Positions 9,848 to 18,041 of a DNA stretch of 64,000 bases are shown piece by piece. A program made the position numbers and the translations under genes. Each line of letters starts with the position of its first letter. Positions within the stretch are counted from its first letter, which is position 1. Under the pieces are notes generated by a model. It was not told where the DNA came from. It worked only from the letters and a program-made list of their open reading frames with translations, and ran no database searches. Source of the stretch: an archaeon GW2011_AR10 (GTDB lineage Archaea > Iainarchaeota > Iainarchaeia > Iainarchaeales > GW2011-AR10); assembly GCA_000830275.1 (NCBI GenBank), contig CP010424.1, positions 815,311 to 879,310 of the forward strand. Reading direction: 5' to 3'.

Positions 9848-10462
9848 ATGGAAAAAGAAAAGCTCATCCAGCGGGGAGCGGAAGCTGAACTGTTTGAATG
9901 CGAGTATTTTGGGAGAAAAGCAGTAGCAAAAAGAAGAGTGCCAAAAACCTACAGGAACAGCCAAATTGACGAGAAAATCAGAAGGCTGAGGACAAAAGAG
10001 GAGTGCCTGCTTCTCCAGAAAGCAAAGCAGCTCGGAGTGAGAACCCCAATCATGTACAGGGTAGACAGAAAGAACTGCGAAATTTTAATGGAATTCATTG
10101 AAGGGGAAAAGCTTCGGGACAAGTTGAACAAAAAAAATTTCCAGGAATATTGCAGGAGAACAGGAGAAAACATTGGAAGAATGCATAAAGCAAATCTTAT
10201 TCATGGTGACCTGACAACAAGCAATATTCTTATACATAACGATTTTTTGGTTTTTGTGGATTTTGGTTTGGGTTTCAATTCAGCAAAAGTTGAGGACAAA
10301 GCAGTTGATTTGCTTGCTTTCAAGAAAACATTTATGGCGACTCACTTTGACATTGCCGATGGGTGGAAAATGGTGCTGGAAGGGTATGAAAGCGCTTACT
10401 CGGAAGGAAAAGCCGCTGCAAGGCAAATTCCAGTAATTGAGGGAAGGGCCAGATACTCCTAG
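9848..10462 (+). CDS. bud32: KEOPS kinase/ATPase Bud32 (Rio-like small kinase).
   Basis: 204 aa. Glycine loop GAEAEL, catalytic HGDLTTSNIL, DFGL. Start set to the internal ATG (MEKEKLIQRGAEA). Confidence 0.7.
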   Translation: MEKEKLIQRGAEAELFECEYFGRKAVAKRRVPKTYRNSQIDEKIRRLRTKEECLLLQKAKQLGVRTPIMYRVDRKNCEILMEFIEGEKLRDKLNKKNFQEYCRRTGENIGRMHKANLIHGDLTTSNILIHNDFLVFVDFGLGFNSAKVEDKAVDLLAFKKTFMATHFDIADGWKMVLEGYESAYSEGKAAARQIPVIEGRARYS

Positions 10463-10598
10463 CCTATTGAACAAGCTTAAAGGCCATTGCACCTTTTTGG
10501 GTTGGTGAAACCTATTTAAAGGTATCGTAAGGGGAGTTAGTTAAAGCAGATTTTATTTTTTTGCTTTTCCATTCCGGAAGGGTGGAAAGGTGGTTTAA

Positions 10599-11108
10599 TT
10601 GAAGAAATCCGAAGAAAAAAAGCCAAGTAGCACTGCAGGCACTGCTAAGGCAAGGAAAAAAGAAGCTAAGGAAGTAGAGGGCAAACCAAAAAAGAAAGCA
10701 AGTGTAGCTAAGCAGGTTTTCGACTTCGTAGAGTATGGGCCGAAAGAAATAGAAGAGGCCATAATCAATTTAGCCAATTCAGGGTATACACCCTCCCAGA
10801 TAGGGATGGTTTTAAGGGACCAATACGGCGTGCCAAGTGTAACCAAGGTAGCTGGAGAAAAAATCGAGGAAATACTTGCAAGGCACAAACTTTTGGGCGA
10901 TACCCCAAGAGACCTCCTTAACCTGATTGAGAAATCCGTCAGGCTGCAAAAGCACCTGAAGGAAAACAAAAAAGATTTTACTGCAAAAAGAGGTTACCAA
11001 CTTTCAGTCAGCAAAATCAGGCGACTTGTAAACTATTACCATAGGGCCGGAAAGCTTTCAAAGGAATGGCGGTATACTCCTGAGAGAGCAGCATTGCTAA
11101 TAAAGTAG
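10599..11108 (+). CDS. rps15: Ribosomal protein S15P/S13e.
   Basis: C-terminal region matches the S13e/S15P family (GYTPSQIGMVLRDQYGVPSV...RLVNYYHRAGKL). Apparent TTG start with GGTGG upstream. The N-terminus carries a lysine-rich extension. Confidence 0.7.
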   Translation: MKKSEEKKPSSTAGTAKARKKEAKEVEGKPKKKASVAKQVFDFVEYGPKEIEEAIINLANSGYTPSQIGMVLRDQYGVPSVTKVAGEKIEEILARHKLLGDTPRDLLNLIEKSVRLQKHLKENKKDFTAKRGYQLSVSKIRRLVNYYHRAGKLSKEWRYTPERAALLIK

Positions 11109-11117
11109 CGTGATACG

Positions 11118-11234
11118 ATGAGATTTGAGTACAACTTAATATTTGAGGGAAAAAAGTTTGAAAACAGCGGGAACAAACAGGTTATGGAGCTAGTTGATGA
11201 ACTCAACAGGCTGATTGATAAAAGCAGGAAGTGA
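11118..11234 (+). CDS. Small ORF (38 aa, MRFEYNLIFEGKKFENSGNKQVMELVDELNRLIDKSRK) between the two ribosomal protein genes; unannotated micro-protein candidate.
   Basis: ATG ORF that exactly fills the S15-S3Ae intergenic gap. Its stop overlaps the GTG upstream of the S3Ae ATG. No family recognised. Confidence 0.2.
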   Translation: MRFEYNLIFEGKKFENSGNKQVMELVDELNRLIDKSRK

Positions 11235-11239
11235 CTGGA

Positions 11240-11863
11240 ATGGCCGAGAAAGAAAGCAAAAAACCAGAACAAGTGCAGAAAAAAGCAATAGTCAAAAAAA
11301 GAACGGTTGACAAGTGGAAGAAAAAAGTATGGTTCAATGTATTTGCTCCAAAGGAGTTTGAAAGAAAAGAAATAGGGACAACAATTTCAGAAAAACCAGA
11401 ATCCGTTGTGGGAAGAAAAATTGAGATTAGTGTGAGAGACCTTGCTGGGCAGCCGAAAGGACAGCATGTAAGCATTTTATTTAAAATTGTGGAAGTGAAA
11501 GGAAACAAGGCCTATGCCGATGCATTTGGACACACGATTAGGGAAAGTTATCTCAGAAAATTCACGGGCAGAAGAAGCAGCAAAGTGGAAACCGTGCAGT
11601 TGGTTTCAACAAAAGACAATGCAAGCTTGAAAGTTAAGACTATTTGTCTTACCGGAAGAAAAGTTGACAGGAAAAAAGAAAAGGCGATAAGAAAAATTAT
11701 TGAATCTGAAATAAGCAGTGTTGCCAAGCAAACGCAGTTAGCAGATATTGTCTCTGACTTGGTGTTTGGGAACCTGCCCCAAAAAATTTTAAGCAAAGTA
11801 AAAAAGGTTTCTCCAATCAAAAGAATCGAAATAGTGAAGTCGAGGTTAATCTCTAAAAAGTGA
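11240..11863 (+). CDS. rps3ae: Ribosomal protein S3Ae (S1e).
   Basis: KKKVWFNVFAPKEF...GRKIEISVRDL, typical of S3Ae. Start moved to the ATG (MAEKESKK). Confidence 0.8.
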   Translation: MAEKESKKPEQVQKKAIVKKRTVDKWKKKVWFNVFAPKEFERKEIGTTISEKPESVVGRKIEISVRDLAGQPKGQHVSILFKIVEVKGNKAYADAFGHTIRESYLRKFTGRRSSKVETVQLVSTKDNASLKVKTICLTGRKVDRKKEKAIRKIIESEISSVAKQTQLADIVSDLVFGNLPQKILSKVKKVSPIKRIEIVKSRLISKK

Positions 11864-11867
11864 TTGA

Positions 11868-12542
11868 ATGGATTTTGGCATTGAAGTCGCCTTACTCTTA
11901 TTGCTGCTAGCGCTCTTCTCTGCTGTCTCATTTTACAAGAAGACAATAAGCAACACCGGCATTTTGGTTGGAAACATTGTGGGGCTGGTTGTTTTCTTTC
12001 TTGGAGGCCTACAAAGCTTTGTGGCACTCGCGGCATTATTTGCAGTTGCAGAAATAACCACTTTTTATTCGAGGTTAAAGCTGAAAGAAAAACACGAGCA
12101 GCGTACCACCTCAAACATTATCGGCAACTCCGGGGCAGCACTAATTGTACTGCTGCTTGGGTTTCAGCAAGCATTCTTTGGTGCGATAGCTGCTGCACTG
12201 GCTGACACAACCGCTGGCGAAATAGGCATGCTCTCAAAGAAAAAGCCAAGGCTGATCACCACATTGAGGCGGGTTGAAACCGGCACTGATGGGGCCATCA
12301 CTTTGCTGGGCTTAATCACAGGTTTTTTTGGGGGATTAGCAATTGGAAGCATTTACTTATTTTTTTCAGGAGATATTAAGGGGTTCGCTTTTATTACAGT
12401 TGCAGGAATTGTGGGAAATGTTGTTGACAGCTTAATTGGAGCAGTTTTTGAGAGAAGGAAACTGCTCAACAACTCTCAGGTTAATTTTCTGGCAGGCTTA
12501 AGCGGCGCCATAACCGTGCTGGTTCTTTCCGCTATGTTTTAA
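11868..12542 (+). CDS. Polytopic membrane protein (224 aa; possibly DUF92/TMEM19-like).
   Basis: Five to six hydrophobic helices with G-rich loops. The family assignment is uncertain. Confidence 0.35.
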   Translation: MDFGIEVALLLLLLALFSAVSFYKKTISNTGILVGNIVGLVVFFLGGLQSFVALAALFAVAEITTFYSRLKLKEKHEQRTTSNIIGNSGAALIVLLLGFQQAFFGAIAAALADTTAGEIGMLSKKKPRLITTLRRVETGTDGAITLLGLITGFFGGLAIGSIYLFFSGDIKGFAFITVAGIVGNVVDSLIGAVFERRKLLNNSQVNFLAGLSGAITVLVLSAMF

Positions 12543-13452
12543 TTGAAGCGCTGCCTGCATCGGAGATGCTTTCCTTGAAGCCCTCAGCAAAGGCCTTTCC
12601 TCCGACAAAAAACAGGTCAAAAATGCTTGGTTCCTCTTTGTAGTAGGTTGTTACAGAAGGTTTTCCTTCAATTCCTGCAAGCCTAGCTGCTTTTTCGATT
12701 GCTTGTTCCCTGGGCAAGAGTTCATCAACCAGCTTGGCTTCCAACGCCTGCTTTCCTGAAAGGATTCTTCCATCAGCTATTTCCTCAAACTTTTCCCTCT
12801 GCAGCTTGCCCTGCCTGAACTCGAGTATGTCTTCCTTGAATTCAACAAAGACCTCTTCCATTATATTTAAGAACAGGGCTTTTTCTTCCTCTGAAAGCGA
12901 CTCAAAAATGCTCCCGGAACCCTTGAATTTGCCCTCTGTTAGAACCTCCACTTCAACGCCCCAGTTTTCAAGCAGTTTTTCAATGTTTGGAATTATTGAA
13001 ATTACCCCGATGCTCCCAACAATTGAGCCGGAATCCGCAATAACGTAATCAGTTGCTGCAGCAACATAGTAGGCTCCGCTTGCTCCGGCTTCCCCAATGT
13101 ATGCCACTGATGGCTTATTGAGTTCCCTTATCTTGTAAACTATTTGTTTTGTTGCAACAACGCTGCCGCCTGGGCTGTCAATGTCCAAAAAAATCACTCC
13201 AACGCTGGGGTCAGCATCTGCTTCCTCGAGTTTTTCCACTATTGCCAGAGCCCCAAATTCAGGAGAAAAAGAGCTTCTCTCCATAACTATTTCACCCTTA
13301 ATCGGAATAACCGCCACCTTTTTGGTGAAATAACTTGAAGAGGGGGCAGAAATGGTAAAAAGGCTTAAAACCACGGCAGAACCTATTAAAAACACCAGAA
13401 TAACTGCAACAATTAATAAAATGGTTTTAGCATTAAGACTTTTAAAACTCAT
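12532..13452 (-). CDS. sppA: Signal peptide peptidase SppA (S49 family).
   Basis: DIDSPGGSVVA serine motif. N-terminal TM start MSFKSLNAKTILLIV (internal ATG chosen over the track's TTG). A TTATATAT box lies immediately upstream. Confidence 0.7.
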   Translation of the reverse strand: MSFKSLNAKTILLIVAVILVFLIGSAVVLSLFTISAPSSSYFTKKVAVIPIKGEIVMERSSFSPEFGALAIVEKLEEADADPSVGVIFLDIDSPGGSVVATKQIVYKIRELNKPSVAYIGEAGASGAYYVAAATDYVIADSGSIVGSIGVISIIPNIEKLLENWGVEVEVLTEGKFKGSGSIFESLSEEEKALFLNIMEEVFVEFKEDILEFRQGKLQREKFEEIADGRILSGKQALEAKLVDELLPREQAIEKAARLAGIEGKPSVTTYYKEEPSIFDLFFVGGKAFAEGFKESISDAGSASIKT

Positions 13453-13487
13453 AATAAAGTCAATATATAAAGCAATAATTAAAAACA

Positions 13488-14015
13488 ATGCGCAGGGATC
13501 AGGTGTCTGATGCGATAATTAAAATACTGCTGTATATTGCCCCGATGTACTTGGCTAATTCAACCGCAATGCTTTTTGGCGGAAAAAAACCGCTTGACCT
13601 GAACAAAAAGTTCTTTGATGGAAAACCAATTCTTGGAAAAGGAAAAACGTTCAGGGGCACTGCAATAGGGGTTCTCATTGGCTCGGCCACAGCGCTGGCA
13701 GTTTCTGTTTTATTTGAACAGCAAACGCTTCTGCTTTCTGAAAACTATTTGGCGTTGGGAGTATTGCTCTCAGCAGGAGCAATCGCAGGGGACATAATTG
13801 CAAGCTTTTTCAAGAGAAGGAATTCCATCCCGCAGGGAACCCAAGTTCTTTTCCTCGACCAGCTTGACTTCGTTTTTGGCGGAATGATTGCAGGCAGCAT
13901 TTACTACGTGCCTGACTTTTTTGAAATAATTGTTATCAGCGTTTTAACTCTTATTATCCACAAGCTTAGCAATTTCTTTGCATTCAAGGCAAAGCTGAAA
14001 AACGTCCCCTGGTGA
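13488..14015 (+). CDS. carS: CDP-archaeol synthase CarS (DUF46 family).
   Basis: 175-aa polytopic membrane protein; ...GGKKPLD...GKGKTFRG... resembles CarS. It shares an AT-rich TATA region with the divergent sppA. Confidence 0.6.
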   Translation: MRRDQVSDAIIKILLYIAPMYLANSTAMLFGGKKPLDLNKKFFDGKPILGKGKTFRGTAIGVLIGSATALAVSVLFEQQTLLLSENYLALGVLLSAGAIAGDIIASFFKRRNSIPQGTQVLFLDQLDFVFGGMIAGSIYYVPDFFEIIVISVLTLIIHKLSNFFAFKAKLKNVPW

Positions 14016-14497
14016 ATCAATTGGATAAGAGAGTTGTTTTCCTGCTGAAATTTTTCGCAATTTTTTCTGTTCTACATTACCTTCTTTTGGTTGTTAACCT
14101 TCGGCCAATGCAGGAATTCATCGCCAAAAGCCAAGCAATGCTCCTCAACTTAACCTACGACGGCACACTGGTAAGAATAGGCTCTGAAACATTTGAAATA
14201 ACGCCAAGCTGCACTGGCCTAGTCAGCAGCATCATTCTGGCAGCAATTGTTTTTTCATTGAAAAAACCAGGCCTCAAGAGCAAGACTGCAACTCTTGCCA
14301 TCGGGGTTATTTTCCTTTTGGCTGCAAATTATGTGAGAGTATACTTTGTGCTGCTTTCGGCAATCGCATTCGGCGGCCGTGCAGCTGAAGCAGTTCACAT
14401 TATCACTTGGTTTTTGACTGCAGCACTTGTTATAGTTGTCTGGTATTACGGGACAAAAAGAATTGCCAAAGTAAAGGAATTCAACGATTTCCTATAA
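14012..14497 (+). CDS. Small exosortase/archaeosortase-family-like membrane protein (161 aa); putative.
   Basis: Four to five TM helices. TPSCTGL resembles the exosortase catalytic C(S/T)G motif, with downstream conserved Arg (YVRVYF, GGRAAEA). GTG start overlaps the carS stop as GTGA. Confidence 0.4.
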   Translation: MNQLDKRVVFLLKFFAIFSVLHYLLLVVNLRPMQEFIAKSQAMLLNLTYDGTLVRIGSETFEITPSCTGLVSSIILAAIVFSLKKPGLKSKTATLAIGVIFLLAANYVRVYFVLLSAIAFGGRAAEAVHIITWFLTAALVIVVWYYGTKRIAKVKEFNDFL

Positions 14498-14534
14498 CAG
14501 CCTCCCCGCACTAATTCCGTCAACGGAACAAAAG

Positions 14535-16205
14535 TCACTCGCCCAAAAAAAAGCGGGCAATTTCAGCGTACGCAGGCCTAGTGATTAAAACGCCTATTAG
14601 CACTCCCGTGATTGTTGTAATAGCAAATCCAACGAGTTTTCCAAGGCCGAAACCGAAAAAAATAATCGGGAACATTGTTACAATAACCGTTGAAGCCGCA
14701 GCGAAAATTACGAAGAATGCACGCTTTACTCTCCCAGTCAAGGACTCTGCAGCAACAACTTCTCCCTTCAAAAGTTCGTCGGTTATAATTATTTGGTCAT
14801 CCACTCCGGTGCCGATAGCTGCAAGAATTCCTGTAACTGCTGCAAGATCAAGATTGTACCTTATGAGAGAGGCGACGCCGAGTATCAAGAGAACTTCGCT
14901 TAAGCCGGTGAAAATCATTGGACCAATCAAGACTAATTTCCTGTATCTTATATATAAAACCAGTGCTACAACAACCATGGCAGCAAAGCCAATGAAGAAA
15001 GTGCTCTGCAGGAACTCTTTTCCGAGGAAAGGGCTAACCGTTTCCTTTGAAATGCTGTCAATCGGCACAGGTAGCGAGCCTGTTTCGAGGAGAATTGTTA
15101 AATCATCCAGCCTTTTTTGCGCGGTTTCAAGGTCCACAGCCGTGCCAGTAATTGAGAGGTCAGAGAAAATCTGCGCGTTCTCAGGCCTTTCAACGAACGG
15201 CTCAAGGTTTGCAATGCTGGGGCTTAAAGCAATGACTTGCTGTGCGCCAGTAACGTTCCAAGTCCAAGGAACCTGATTTTCAAACCCGATTTTTGCAGAG
15301 CCCAATTCATCTGAAGAGACTCTTGCGCTGCCCTCAAGTTCAACTTCCTTTAACTTGAACCCCAAAGCAGAAAGTGCATTCTTGTCCTCTGCACCAAGCA
15401 GTGAATGAGTTATGACCGTGTCTTTTTCTGCTGCAATTTCCTGGAGCTTTGAGAGCTGTTTTTCAGAGAGATTGTTGTCAACAACAAAATAGGGAATCGC
15501 TGAATTGTCCAACAGCTCGCTTATTTCCACTCCCTGCGGAATATCATCAGCGGGATTTCCTAGTAGGAGAAGCTGTCTGTCAAGCTCTAAAACATCCCGC
15601 GGGATAACCAAAACAGCGTTGGCTGGCCTGTCAATGAAAAAATATGTCAGCTCGCAATCGTACTGGTTTCCTTGTTCAACAGAGTAAGAAAGGATGGCGC
15701 ATTTGTGGAAGGCTTTTTTTGAAAAGTTTACTGCAGCTTCCTGGTTCAATGTAAATGGGAGGTTCCACGAGATGAGCTGCTGTGCTCCCTGCTGGAAGCC
15801 GTAGCCTCTTCCAGGATCCTTCACTATCTGAATTATGTCAGAGCCGGTAAACAGGAGGTTGCCGTCAAGGAATGCCTCAAACTTTCCCTGCGTTTTAAGG
15901 AGCACTTCAAGTTCCTCAATGCGCTCAGGGTCTGTTTCAGCAATCTGTGCAACAACGAATTCCTCACCAAAAGTTGAAACCTTTGTATCTCTTAAGCCAA
16001 ATGAATCCATTCTCTGCTGGATTATGGAGGTTACTGTGCTGAGCTGCTGTGCTGATTCAGGTTTCTCGGCCAAGTGAAGCTCAAAAATAGTTCCGCCCTT
16101 GAAGTCAACCCCCAAAGCAAGGCCATTAAATGAAAGGGAAACAAGTGAAACAAACAGAAGGGAAAGCAGTAAAAGAATCTTCCAGTTTTTCAGCAGCCTT
16201 CTCAT
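14535..16205 (-). CDS. secD: Protein-export membrane protein SecD.
   Basis: 556 aa. Large periplasmic domain plus a C-terminal six-TM bundle. ATGA overlap with secF. Confidence 0.8.
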   Translation of the reverse strand: MRRLLKNWKILLLLSLLFVSLVSLSFNGLALGVDFKGGTIFELHLAEKPESAQQLSTVTSIIQQRMDSFGLRDTKVSTFGEEFVVAQIAETDPERIEELEVLLKTQGKFEAFLDGNLLFTGSDIIQIVKDPGRGYGFQQGAQQLISWNLPFTLNQEAAVNFSKKAFHKCAILSYSVEQGNQYDCELTYFFIDRPANAVLVIPRDVLELDRQLLLLGNPADDIPQGVEISELLDNSAIPYFVVDNNLSEKQLSKLQEIAAEKDTVITHSLLGAEDKNALSALGFKLKEVELEGSARVSSDELGSAKIGFENQVPWTWNVTGAQQVIALSPSIANLEPFVERPENAQIFSDLSITGTAVDLETAQKRLDDLTILLETGSLPVPIDSISKETVSPFLGKEFLQSTFFIGFAAMVVVALVLYIRYRKLVLIGPMIFTGLSEVLLILGVASLIRYNLDLAAVTGILAAIGTGVDDQIIITDELLKGEVVAAESLTGRVKRAFFVIFAAASTVIVTMFPIIFFGFGLGKLVGFAITTITGVLIGVLITRPAYAEIARFFLGE

Positions 16206-17272
16206 GCTGTTGGCCTCCTTGCTTTCCTGCTTTCAGCATACCATAAAAGAACAGGCGAGTTCATAAGCCAGGTTGAAATAAGGTCAGCAAATAAACCAAA
16301 CAAGAGCACTGCAGAAATCTCGAAAATAACAGTTATCTGGCCAAAGTAACTTAATGCAAGCATTACAGTTAATGCACCAATTGTGGTGAATGTCATTGTC
16401 AAACCAGTTACAAGTGAGTCCCCTGCCCTTTCATGCAGTTCCTTTTCCCGCCTCTTAAGAACATTTGTTGTAAGCATTATGTCAGTGTCAACACTGTAAC
16501 CTATCAGCATGAGCAGCGCTGGAATTGTTGTAAGAGACAGTGGAATGCGGAAAACCGCCATTCCGGCAAGCGAGCCGGCAATGTCGAAAGCAGCTGCAGC
16601 GATTATTGCAATTGAGGGAACAAACTCTCGGAAGAACACGAAAATAACTATTGCAAGCAGCGCGAAAGCAATCAGGGAAACGGTTATGCCAGTAGCATAA
16701 AAGCTCTCACCAAAAACAGGGCCTACCTCATCCCTTGAAAAGCGTGCTTCTGCTCCAAGCGAGAGCTCCTGTTTTATGACTTCATCCAAGCGAGTGGAAA
16801 AATTCTGCTTTGCCTTGTTGAGTGCATCCTCTGCAAAAGCAATTGCTCTGCCTGCCTCAGCGTTTTCCGGGAAAGGCTCCGAAAAATAGCTGCTTATTGC
16901 CTGAACGGAGCTCCTTGAAAGTTGAACCGCGTTCTGGGGGTTTGAAGCGCGCTGGTCTTTTGCCTGCTGGAGCAGAGATTGCGCTTCAGCCAAATCCCTG
17001 TTCTCTGCGAACTGGACTAGAACCTTAAAGCCCAATGGCCCGGACGTTGTGCTCAACTGAAGGTCGCTTAAGCTGAATTCTTGGCGGAGCCTTTGCTCCA
17101 AGGAAAGCATTTCAACCTGGCGGTCAAGGCTAACCCTTATCACTGTGCCGCCACTAAGGTCAATGCCCTTTGGCACGGTCGGAGAAACGAAAATCAGGAA
17201 AAGGAACACTAGGAAAAAAACGGCTGGAACCGCCAAAAGCTTCTTGTAATCGCCTTTATAGGGGTTAAACAT
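16202..17272 (-). CDS. secF: Protein-export membrane protein SecF.
   Basis: 356 aa. SecF-type C-terminal TM bundle; upstream partner of secD. Confidence 0.8.
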   Translation of the reverse strand: MFNPYKGDYKKLLAVPAVFFLVFLFLIFVSPTVPKGIDLSGGTVIRVSLDRQVEMLSLEQRLRQEFSLSDLQLSTTSGPLGFKVLVQFAENRDLAEAQSLLQQAKDQRASNPQNAVQLSRSSVQAISSYFSEPFPENAEAGRAIAFAEDALNKAKQNFSTRLDEVIKQELSLGAEARFSRDEVGPVFGESFYATGITVSLIAFALLAIVIFVFFREFVPSIAIIAAAAFDIAGSLAGMAVFRIPLSLTTIPALLMLIGYSVDTDIMLTTNVLKRREKELHERAGDSLVTGLTMTFTTIGALTVMLALSYFGQITVIFEISAVLLFGLFADLISTWLMNSPVLLWYAESRKARRPTA

Positions 17273-17566
17273 TTTTATTCACTAAAAAGGAGTCTTATAA
17301 ACTCGGATATATAGTAAAAGACTCCATTATTTTTACAACATATCGTCTTTTACATATAGCAAGTGAGCAATAAAGGTTTAATTATTAATGTCATTTGCCA
17401 TAATATAAATTTAAGGGGAATCCTTTAAATTAATTTCTAACTTATTTTAGTTGGTTAGGTCTCAATTAGACTAAAACCACCCATTAAAATAGGCGGGAAT
17501 TTGTTAGGTGCCAAAAACCATCGAATGAATTCGGGGGCATACTTTGATGCTTCATACTGTGCTAAT

Positions 17567-17636
17567 GGTTTTTGACAGCAATGAATTCCACCAATAAACC
17601 ACTATTTAAAAATAGTGGAATTCATATGATTTAAAG
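17567..17636 (+). repeat. Conserved about 70-nt intergenic element, copy X: GGTTTTTGACAG...GAATTCCAC...(nested hairpin)...GTGGAATTC...GATTTAAA.
   Basis: Shares its flanks and hairpin architecture with copy Y at 33385..33449. The inner stem sequences differ but stay complementary. Confidence 0.5.
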
Positions 17637-17744
17637 TGGGTTGAACTACCCACGGAGGCACCATAAAATGACCTGTTTTTATTGCACTGAGGCAAAATCG
17701 TAACTTAATTTTTCTTTAAGGCCTTAATTTTTGGAGGGATTGCA

Positions 17745-18029
17745 ATGACGAAAGGAAAGAAGGATGAAAAAGACGAAGCCATCGAATATGCAGTGGAACT
17801 GATGGATGGAGTAGTTGAAGACACTGGAGTTCCAAGAAACATAAGAAAATCCGTGGACGACGCTAAACAAAAAGTACTGGACGAGTCAGAGCCGAAGAAC
17901 GTTCGGGTTACGACCGCAATTTACATACTGGATGATGTCAGCAAGGACATAAACATTCCAGCACACACAAGAACAGAAATATGGCAAATAATCTCAGATT
18001 TAGAAGCAATTAGAGAGAAGGCAAAGTAA
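17745..18029 (+). CDS. UPF0147-family small archaeal protein.
   Basis: 94 aa. ...VPRNIRKSVDDAK...TTAIYILDDVSKDINIPAHTRTEIWQIISDLEAI matches the UPF0147 pattern as recalled. Confidence 0.5.
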   Translation: MTKGKKDEKDEAIEYAVELMDGVVEDTGVPRNIRKSVDDAKQKVLDESEPKNVRVTTAIYILDDVSKDINIPAHTRTEIWQIISDLEAIREKAK

Positions 18030-18041
18030 AGTTGGACTTGA

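Noticed and set aside
17637-17670. Hairpin GTGGGTTGAACTACCCAC followed by GGAGGCACCA, which superficially resembles a tRNA T-arm plus acceptor end.
   Set aside because: The loop has G where the invariant C56 should be. No complementary 5' acceptor strand (TGCCTCC) or D/anticodon arms exist upstream. Not a tRNA.
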